Of a DNA stretch of 45,183 bases, positions 8,752 to 15,395 are shown in pieces (position 1 is the stretch's first letter; the number at the start of each line of letters is the position of its first letter). The notes beneath the pieces are model-generated. The model was not told the DNA's origin. It saw nothing but the letters and a program-made list of their open reading frames with translations, and made no database searches. The stretch spans positions 1-45,183 of the forward strand of contig JADLCA010000073.1 of NCBI GenBank assembly GCA_020847495.1, in the 5' to 3' direction. A program made the position numbers and the translations under genes. Source of the DNA: Candidatus Hydrogenedentota bacterium. Lineage in GTDB: Bacteria > Hydrogenedentota > Hydrogenedentia > Hydrogenedentales > SLHB01.

Positions 8752-9576
8752 GTGGCCACCCGTTTCAAGAAGAGCGCCAGGGATCTCGCTGACAAGGTCA
8801 AGCAGGACAATCGAATAAAGATCGCGAAGCAGAAGCTGGCCACTATTCCCGATTTGATGGAGATGTTGGTGGGGCATTTGTTTCCCACTTACGCCAGAAG
8901 CGGGGGGCTGTATGAACTGCGTCCAACAAACCTCGATGAAATCGACTATCGCATGGACCCGCATGGCCCAAGAAGCCAGAAGATCCTGGATACTGTCATC
9001 CGAGGGATCCAATCGGGCGAACTCCAGGAGTACCGGCATTGTGGAGTCCCGCTCCTTGCACCGGATGAGGTCATCGGTTTTGTTGTGTACCATGGCTGCG
9101 GGCTACCCGCGTACCTTGCCCGCCACGGCAGAAAGTGGCATGCATCGCGAAAGCCAGAGCCCGCCGAGCCTTGCTCACCATCGGTAGCAGAAGCGGAAAC
9201 CAGAAAGTCACAACCAGAGCGCGGGACACTTGCCGCAGGCGTCGGGGCTCAGAACTGGAAGGAACTTGAAGTGAAAGTCCTCGAAAAAGGGTTGCAGTAT
9301 CGCCGCGCTGGCACAAGTGACGCATTCATCCAGAAGACATGGGGCGCGCTCGGAATGAAAGGGAAGAGGAAGGCGATCGCCCTGCTGATAGAGATCGCCA
9401 TGCATGGCGGTACATTCCCTAAACGGAGCAATGAAATGCATCGCAGAGACACGGTACACGACCTAAACACGGCATTCGGCAACGCGTTCGGCCTGAAAGG
9501 CAATCCCTTCGGAAACAACAGGCATCTTGGAACACAAGCCATGTTCGGGGCCATCACTTGGGGAGGGCAGAGGTAA
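8752..9576 (+). CDS. Hypothetical protein (orphan cargo, about 274 aa)
   Basis: The track ORF is 8593-9576. The in-frame GTG at 8752 follows GGAGG (8740-8744) by 7 nt. ATG at 8860 is an alternative start. No recognisable motif was found. Confidence 0.6.
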   Translation: MATRFKKSARDLADKVKQDNRIKIAKQKLATIPDLMEMLVGHLFPTYARSGGLYELRPTNLDEIDYRMDPHGPRSQKILDTVIRGIQSGELQEYRHCGVPLLAPDEVIGFVVYHGCGLPAYLARHGRKWHASRKPEPAEPCSPSVAEAETRKSQPERGTLAAGVGAQNWKELEVKVLEKGLQYRRAGTSDAFIQKTWGALGMKGKRKAIALLIEIAMHGGTFPKRSNEMHRRDTVHDLNTAFGNAFGLKGNPFGNNRHLGTQAMFGAITWGGQR

Positions 9577-9728
9577 CCGTTCCGTTGCCTGCGTTGCCCG
9601 GCAACGTTTCTCCACGAACTGACGCGCCGTTTCTTGCCCCGCATGAACTGGGCATGGCGGCGCGTTTCCGTTGCCTGAACGTTGCTTCTTGCCCATTGGG
9701 TAGAACCTAGAACAAAGGAGTTTGCCCA

Positions 9729-9935
9729 ATGCAAGAAGCACACGAAAAGGAATTGCTCAGTGTTCGCGAAGTCGCCAGCATGCTCGACCTGTGCGAAAGG
9801 TCAGTGTATCGAATGGCAGACGCGGGAAAGATGCCGCGTCCACTCAAACTGGGCGCTCGCTCTCTTTGGAGAAGGCGTGAACTTCAGGACTGGGTGGACG
9901 CCGGGTGCAAGCCCGTGCGAGGGGCGATCCGATGA
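9729..9935 (+). CDS. AlpA/excisionase-family helix-turn-helix protein
   Basis: 68 aa. LLSVREVASMLDLCERSVYRMADAGKMPRPLKLGARSLWRRRELQDWV is the typical AlpA/Xis MerR-like HTH pattern. AAAGGAG lies 8 nt upstream of the ATG. Confidence 0.85.
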   Translation: MQEAHEKELLSVREVASMLDLCERSVYRMADAGKMPRPLKLGARSLWRRRELQDWVDAGCKPVRGAIR

Positions 9936-10360
9936 ACGCCGCAGCAGACTTCAAGGTTGGCCGCGCACGCAGAGACACGGCCCTCAATGCATTGGAGTCG
10001 CGGCGCTCCGTTCATGTGAACCGAGGGCGCAGGACACTCCTGTTGCATCTCCTGGAGCATGACACCGCTACCGCCGATGACGTGCGGGCAGGCGTGAGGC
10101 TCCCGGACAGCATAGACCCCACGTGCCTGGGCAGCGTTCCGGGTCCCCTTGTGAAGGCGGGGATCATCGAGCGCGTGGGGTTTGTCCCATGCGTCCGCCC
10201 GGAGAGGCATGCCGCACCCACATCCCTGTGGGGGCTTGTGGACAGATCGAAGGCCGGGGATTGGCTCCAGACGCATCCCGACCGGGATGAGGCCCACACG
10301 GGGCAGGGGGAGTTGTTCCCCACGGATGGGACGATAGTCCGTTGGACATCTCATGGGTAG
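9932..10360 (+). CDS. Hypothetical protein (about 142 aa), translationally coupled to alpA
   Basis: The ATG at 9932 overlaps the alpA stop (ATGA). The track start at 9905 is less likely. A possible winged-helix segment (RRTLLLHLLEHDTATADDV) is present. Confidence 0.6.
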   Translation: MNAAADFKVGRARRDTALNALESRRSVHVNRGRRTLLLHLLEHDTATADDVRAGVRLPDSIDPTCLGSVPGPLVKAGIIERVGFVPCVRPERHAAPTSLWGLVDRSKAGDWLQTHPDRDEAHTGQGELFPTDGTIVRWTSHG

Positions 10361-11231
10361 CAGCAACGCACAGAAGCGAGGCGACCAACTTGGGCTTATT
10401 GGCTCCGGGCATAGTGTTCCTCTTTGCTTTGAGCTTCTCGATAGTGAAGCGTGGAAAGCACTTACGCCCCTGCAAGCCTTGGTTCTAATTGACTGGTACC
10501 GCCTGTATGTCCGCGCATCGCGTTGGGACCGTGATCGCCTCCCAAAGGGTATGCAATACACCTGGGGGCACTGCAAGGTAACCATCTCCGAAAACGCATT
10601 CTATGAGGCCGTGAGCCAAATCGTGGAATTGGGTTTCTTCGAGCGGGCTCCCCAATTCGATTGCGGCCGTCCCGCTTCGGCCCGGTCATTTCTTCCATCC
10701 ATGAAGTGGCGGAGCTACAGGGCTGCAACTGATGAAAGTCTCAAGGCAAAGAAACGCGCAAGAGGAAAACAGGTGCGCGTGGCGGGGAAGAAATCGAGGC
10801 GAACGGCGTATCGTACAGGACTCCAAAGGAAAGAGGAACCCCCAGCGAGTGCGCCGATACAACCCCCGTCGAGTGCGCCGATACAATCGTGTGAATTCGA
10901 CATCACCCCCACCGAGTGCGCCGATACAGGGGAGAAAAGCGACGGTTTTCACCCCCGCCAAGTGCGCCGATCTGATTCATTACCATGTACATTGAGAGAA
11001 GTGAACTCAGTCCATGATGTGCGCACGTCCGCCGAACTCACTCGGTTCCTTGCTGTGCACTTTGGTAACGAAGCGCCTGATAATTTGGAAGTGCGCGGAT
11101 GGATTGATCAAATTGGGATCGCCACGACGAAGAGACTCCTTGGTCAGGCATTGAAGAACGGCCACCCGGCAAAGCGGGTCTATGCTTTCCTCGAATCAGC
11201 GGCACAGGCTGCGAAGAACAATACGGGTTGA
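10353..11231 (+). CDS. Putative replication initiator-like protein containing internal iterons
   Basis: 292 aa. The start overlaps the upstream stop by 8 nt. The N-terminal part looks like a winged-helix DNA binder (LTPLQALVLIDWYRLY...IVELGFFER). Four DNA iterons lie inside the ORF. The function is inferred and not based on homology. Confidence 0.55.
   Translation: MGSSNAQKRGDQLGLIGSGHSVPLCFELLDSEAWKALTPLQALVLIDWYRLYVRASRWDRDRLPKGMQYTWGHCKVTISENAFYEAVSQIVELGFFERAPQFDCGRPASARSFLPSMKWRSYRAATDESLKAKKRARGKQVRVAGKKSRRTAYRTGLQRKEEPPASAPIQPPSSAPIQSCEFDITPTECADTGEKSDGFHPRQVRRSDSLPCTLREVNSVHDVRTSAELTRFLAVHFGNEAPDNLEVRGWIDQIGIATTKRLLGQALKNGHPAKRVYAFLESAAQAAKNNTG
10838..10972 (+). repeat. Four iteron-like direct repeats, consensus ACCCCC-NN-CGAGTGCGCCGATACA
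   Basis: Copies lie at 10838-10861, 10862-10885, 10905-10928 and 10951-10972 (the last is slightly degenerate). They fall in three different reading frames of the enclosing ORF. An AT-richer stretch follows at about 10973-11020. Confidence 0.8.
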
Positions 11232-11262
11232 CAGAAATTGACTGCTATGAGATAATTCGCGC

Positions 11263-11490
11263 ATGAGATCATCACAGCAAAGCATCACCGAAACCCTCAA
11301 GCGGGCGATTCGCGACAGTGGCAAGTCTCTCAAGAGCATTGCCCAGGAAACAGGGGTGGAGCGCATGAGCATCAGCCGTTTCATGAGCGGCGCTCAAACC
11401 CTCCGCCTGGACAAGGCCGATATCCTCTGCGCGTACTTTGGGATCGAGATCTCACAGAAACAGAAGCCCCGAAAGGACAGTAAGGTGTAG
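11263..11490 (+). CDS. XRE-family (Cro/CI-type) helix-turn-helix regulator
   Basis: 75 aa. SLKSIAQETGVERMSISRFMSGAQTLRLDKADILCAYFG is a classic HTH_XRE pattern. The gene lies immediately upstream of the integrase. Confidence 0.8.
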   Translation: MRSSQQSITETLKRAIRDSGKSLKSIAQETGVERMSISRFMSGAQTLRLDKADILCAYFGIEISQKQKPRKDSKV

Positions 11491-11492
11491 GT

Positions 11493-13184
11493 ATGGGTTT
11501 CATCTTCAAACCAGACAAATGGAAGCCGCTGCCGGATGGCGCGGAGATCGTCCAGGTCAAGCGCAAGGCCTTTGCCCAATGGACCGGCGCGGACGGGAAC
11601 ATTGAGCGTGAACCCGCGAAGCAAGGCCGCGATGGTTCCTGGCGGATCGTGCAGCCATGCGGCGTGTACCTCGCCAGATACAAGGGACCGGATGGCACGA
11701 TGGTCACGCGTTCAACGGGATGCAAGACTCAGGACGCGGCGCGGCAAGTACTGGCCGACTTCGAGCGCGAAGCGGAGCGGGAGCGAGTCGGCGCAGTCTC
11801 CCCCCTTGAACGCAAGCGCGTTGAGCAGGGCAAGCGCCCCATATCCGGGCACATCGCTGACTACATCGAAGCCCTCTCGGCGCGTGGAACCACTCAGGGC
11901 CACATCGCGAATACGCGGCGCTTCCTGAACTTCATGGCAGATGGTTGCGGGTGGACACTGCTCCGGGATGTGAACCGGGGCGATTTTGAGAAGTGGCTTG
12001 GACGTCTACGTCTTGAACCGCGAAAAGAGAACGGACCTACACTCTCGGCACGGAGCGTCAATGCGCGACTCGTGGCGGCCAAGGCGTTCTTCAATTGGCT
12101 CGTGCAGGTGGACCGGATATCCACAAGCCCCCTTGCTGGTGTGAAGCCCCTCAATGAGCGCACGGACAGACGCCGGGAGCGCCGGGCGTTGACTCTGGGG
12201 GAAGTCGCCAAGCTGGTAGACGCGGCGGAGCGCAGGCCCCTGGCGGATCGGCAGGACAAGAACCGGGGTGACGATCAGGCCGAACTCAAGAAAGAGACCA
12301 TAGAAGCCATGCAAGCCCTCGGCAGAGAGCGGGGGCTCATTTATCGTGTGCTCGCATTCACGGGTTTGCGCGTGGGCGAACTGCGGAGCGTGAAGGTGGG
12401 GCAAGTCATTCTCGATGGCAAGGTACCGCACATCGCGTTGAAGGCGGCCGATGAGAAGAACCGCAAGGGCAGCCAGATTCTCTTGCGGAGCGATTTGGTT
12501 GCACTTCTACGCCAGCACCTGACCGACAAGCTGATCGCGTCACAGCGGGCAACGCAGGCCACAGGAAAGCCGGTTCCGCTGGCGTTCAGTGCCGATATCC
12601 CGCTGTTCAGAATTCAAAAGCGCATGACCAGGGTGTTCGACCTCGATTTGAAGGCGGCGGGCATTGCGAAACGAGATGCCCATGGCCGCACGCTCGACGT
12701 GCATTCACTTCGATGCACCTTCGCAACGGAACTCGCACGGGCGGGCGTTCCCTTGCAGCAAGCAGTAAGCCTTCTGCGCCACAGCGATCCGCGCCTGACA
12801 CTGGGCACGTACACGCACCTGACCGCGCTGGACGGCGGCGCGGCTATCGCCAAGATTCCAAGCCTTCCGAAGATTGAGAAGGAGCAAGCCCCGCAGGTGG
12901 CGCAAGCGAATCTGACTGTATCGGTGACTGTATCGACAACCGGCAATGTGGTTCCTTCTGAGTCGTTCCGGTGCAGTGCGCCCCAAGATCGGCGCGATAC
13001 AGGCGGCACGGGCGGACAAAGGAAAAAGCCCCTGGTTTCAGGGGCTTACAACGACTGTCATTCGCTGACAGGGATTTCAAATGGTGGAGATGAACGGAAT
13101 CGAACCGTCGACCTCTTGACTGCCAGTCAAGCGCTCTCCCAACTGAGCTACATCCCCACGGGAAACTTGCGACAGGAAGTATAG
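11493..13184 (+). CDS. int: Tyrosine recombinase / phage-type integrase
   Basis: 563 aa. Catalytic signature: R in TGLRVGELR, H-x-x-R in HSLRCTFAT, H in LLRHSD and Y in LGTYTH. The ORF has no stop until 13184, so its tail runs across attR and antisense to the tRNA. Confidence 0.9.
   Translation: MGFIFKPDKWKPLPDGAEIVQVKRKAFAQWTGADGNIEREPAKQGRDGSWRIVQPCGVYLARYKGPDGTMVTRSTGCKTQDAARQVLADFEREAERERVGAVSPLERKRVEQGKRPISGHIADYIEALSARGTTQGHIANTRRFLNFMADGCGWTLLRDVNRGDFEKWLGRLRLEPRKENGPTLSARSVNARLVAAKAFFNWLVQVDRISTSPLAGVKPLNERTDRRRERRALTLGEVAKLVDAAERRPLADRQDKNRGDDQAELKKETIEAMQALGRERGLIYRVLAFTGLRVGELRSVKVGQVILDGKVPHIALKAADEKNRKGSQILLRSDLVALLRQHLTDKLIASQRATQATGKPVPLAFSADIPLFRIQKRMTRVFDLDLKAAGIAKRDAHGRTLDVHSLRCTFATELARAGVPLQQAVSLLRHSDPRLTLGTYTHLTALDGGAAIAKIPSLPKIEKEQAPQVAQANLTVSVTVSTTGNVVPSESFRCSAPQDRRDTGGTGGQRKKPLVSGAYNDCHSLTGISNGGDERNRTVDLLTASQALSQLSYIPTGNLRQEV
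13023..13047 (-). terminator. Intrinsic terminator for tRNA-Ala, encoded by island DNA
   Basis: On the minus strand, aagcccctg-aaac-caggggctt (9-bp perfect stem) is followed by TTTTT. It lies 35 nt downstream of the tRNA 3' end. Confidence 0.6.
13080..13126. repeat. attR: 47-bp repeat copy within the intact tRNA-Ala
   Basis: Identical to 6150-6196. Confidence 0.9.
13082..13157 (-). tRNA. tRNA-Ala (anticodon GGC), CCA encoded
   Basis: The reverse complement is GGGGATGTAGCTCAGTTGGGAGAGCGCTTGACTGGCAGTCAAGAGGTCGACGGTTCGATTCCGTTCATCTCCACCA. It folds as a cloverleaf with the G3:U70 Ala identity pair, anticodon loop CTGGCAG and T-loop TTCGATT. Confidence 0.93.
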
Positions 13185-13207
13185 CGGACTCCCCGCCCGG
13201 GATTCAA
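13178..13207 (-). promoter_or_regulatory. Sigma70-like promoter for tRNA-Ala (TTGAAT-N18-TATACT)
   Basis: On the minus strand the -35 TTGAAT is at 13207-13202 and the -10 TATACT at 13183-13178. The -10 ends about 20 nt upstream of the mature tRNA 5' end. Confidence 0.45.
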
Positions 13208-13330
13208 ACTTCCGTTTGCGGGACCCAGCGCCCGCAGGCATAATGCGCGGCGGAATACCCGCTCGGGCTGGCGCGTTGCTGGTGCGGTGAGTGGGCTGTT
13301 CTTCGCCGGAACCATTGGGAGTAGTCGTCA

Positions 13331-15175
13331 ATGTTCATGAGGGTTCTTGCTGTTGGAGTGCTGTTGTTGGGGCTTCCGCAGGCGGTTTCATTGGCCCACG
13401 AAGGCGGCGCCCCGCTGGAGGCGGAGGTACCCACGGAAGCAAAACCGTGGACCAGCCTGGATGCCAACAACGACCCCAACAGCTTCCAGTTCGCCGTGGT
13501 CACGGACAACGCCGGGGGCCCCCGGGCAGGTATCTTCGCGGAGGCCGTGGCCAAGCTCAACCTGCTCCAGCCGGAGTTCGTGATGAGCATCGGCGACTTC
13601 ATCGAGGGGTACGAGGATAACCGCGAATCGCTGAACGCGCAGTGGGACCATTTCCTGTCCGAAGTGGCAGGATTCGAGATGCCGTTCTTCTTCGTGCCGG
13701 GCAATCACGACAACGGCAGGCCACTCTGGGCCGAGATCTACAACGAACGGTTCGGCGTGCCCTACTTCCATTTCGTCTACAAGAACGTCCTCTTCCTGTG
13801 CCTATCGACCAACGACGGCCCGGAGAACAACACGGGGATCGGCCAGGCGCAGATCGATTACGCGGCAAAGGCGCTCGCGGAGCATCCGGACGTGCGCTGG
13901 ACGCTGGTATTCCAGCACAAGCCGCTCTGGAACGATCAGGGCGCCCAGGGGTGGAAGGAAATCGAGGCCCTGCTCAAGGGCCGGCCCTGCACCGTCTTCG
14001 CGGGGCACACGCACAATTACCTCAGCCAGGAAGGCGAGGGCATCTCGTTCGTGACGCTCGCGACCACGGGCGGCGGCAGCGCCTTGCGCGGGCCGGCATA
14101 CGGCGAGTTCGACGGTGTCGTGTGGGTGACGATGTCCGATGAGGGTCCACGCATCGCGAATGTACTGCTGGAGGGTCTCCTGGATAGAAACTTGCGCACG
14201 CCGGAGTCCGCCAAGGAACTGGCTTTGTTCCGCGCGGACAAGGCGGTCGTGGCGACGCCGGTGTTGTTTGAGGGCGGCTCGTTCACCTCGGGCGTGTCCA
14301 AGGTCACCATCACGAATCCCTCGGAGAAACCGCTGCGCGTGAAGGTGCTGACGGAAACGGCGCCGGGCATCCGCGCGGAGCCCAGCACGATCGCCACAGT
14401 GATACCGGGTAAGACCGAGAACGTGACCGAGCTGCACATCAGCGCGGATGCGGCCGTCCCGCTCGCGCAGCTTCAGCCCGTTGTGCTGCATTGGAAAGGC
14501 TATTACGACAGCGGAGCGAACACGCCGTCCCTCGTGCTGGGCGGCGAACGCAGAATCCTGCTGGATTCACCAAGCGTCATTCCCACAGTGCAGACTGCAC
14601 CGGCCATCGATGGCAACGTTGACGATTGGACAGACTTGCCGTTCGTGGTATCGCAGCCGGGTGAAGTGTGGCACAACGTGCCCGCGTGGAAAGGTCCGCA
14701 GGACGGCTCCTTCCGTTTTGGCGTGGCGCGCGACGAGGAGTTTCTGTATGTCGCCGTCAAGGCGACGGATAACGAGCCTTACTTCGACGGTTGGAAGTAT
14801 TGGGAAGACTTCACGATGGTCACCGTGGATGGACGCGCTTCTGATTCGGAGGATTTGAAAGAGGCCGCTTTCTCGGTCATCGCGGGTCCGCAGATATCGC
14901 CGGAACAGGCCGCTGAATTCGAGATCGGCCAGAAGCCTGAAGGGGTCAAGACCGCCAGCGTCGCGGCTGCAGACGGATTCACGGCGGAGGTGGCCATCCC
15001 CTTGGCGTCGCTCAATGCGCGTCAGGGCGGCGCCTGGAAACGGGTGCGCCTCAACGTGGGCGTGAGCGATTTCGACAAAGGCGACGCGCGCGACGGCGTC
15101 ACGATTCTCTACTGGCGTCCCCAATGGACCAGCGGCCAGACCTACCCGGAATCAGGCGTCTTTGTGAAAGAGTAG
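13331..15175 (+). CDS. Secreted calcineurin-like metallophosphoesterase with a C-terminal CBM9/DOMON-like domain
   Basis: 614 aa with a signal peptide. Motifs present are SIGDFIEG, VPGNHDN and FAGHTHNY. The C-terminal part (TAPAIDGNVDDWTDLPF...LNVGVSDFDKGD) resembles carbohydrate-binding family 9. Confidence 0.85.
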   Translation: MFMRVLAVGVLLLGLPQAVSLAHEGGAPLEAEVPTEAKPWTSLDANNDPNSFQFAVVTDNAGGPRAGIFAEAVAKLNLLQPEFVMSIGDFIEGYEDNRESLNAQWDHFLSEVAGFEMPFFFVPGNHDNGRPLWAEIYNERFGVPYFHFVYKNVLFLCLSTNDGPENNTGIGQAQIDYAAKALAEHPDVRWTLVFQHKPLWNDQGAQGWKEIEALLKGRPCTVFAGHTHNYLSQEGEGISFVTLATTGGGSALRGPAYGEFDGVVWVTMSDEGPRIANVLLEGLLDRNLRTPESAKELALFRADKAVVATPVLFEGGSFTSGVSKVTITNPSEKPLRVKVLTETAPGIRAEPSTIATVIPGKTENVTELHISADAAVPLAQLQPVVLHWKGYYDSGANTPSLVLGGERRILLDSPSVIPTVQTAPAIDGNVDDWTDLPFVVSQPGEVWHNVPAWKGPQDGSFRFGVARDEEFLYVAVKATDNEPYFDGWKYWEDFTMVTVDGRASDSEDLKEAAFSVIAGPQISPEQAAEFEIGQKPEGVKTASVAAADGFTAEVAIPLASLNARQGGAWKRVRLNVGVSDFDKGDARDGVTILYWRPQWTSGQTYPESGVFVKE

Positions 15176-15201
15176 TACTATCGCCCCTCATAAGAGTTTG
15201 A

Positions 15202-15278
15202 ACCGCGAAGCCGCGAAGATCGCGAAGCTGGATGAATTGAAGCTCATTCTTCCTTCGCGATCTTCGCGGCTTCGCGGT
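15202..15278. terminator. 25-bp perfect inverted repeat between convergent genes
   Basis: accgcgaagccgcgaagatcgcgaa (15202-15226) is the exact reverse complement of 15254-15278, with a 27-nt loop. It lies between the stop at 15175 (+) and the stop at 15391 (-). Confidence 0.6.
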
Positions 15279-15395
15279 AAAATCTCTTCATTCTTGCTTG
15301 ATTCGTGTGTTTCGCGACTTCGCGGTTGAATCTCTTACTTCTTCCTCTTTGTTTCGTGTGTTTCGTGCCTTTCGTGGTGAATCTCTTCATTCATC
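15254..15395. repeat. Three tandem units of about 50 bp (ttcgYggt-N-aatctcttcattc...ttcgtgtgttt)
   Basis: Anchors ttcgcggt at 15271 and 15319 and ttcgtggt at 15371 give periods of 48 and 52 bp. The first unit overlaps the right arm of the hairpin. Confidence 0.7.

Larger units (their letters stand above)
6150..13126 (+). mobile_element. Integrative element (about 6.9 kb) inserted at tRNA-Ala(GGC): cargo, alpA/xis, rep+iterons, xre, int
   Basis: The element is bounded by a 47-bp direct repeat derived from the tRNA 3' half. A tyrosine recombinase sits next to the intact tRNA, and all credible ORFs are co-oriented. Confidence 0.85.
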
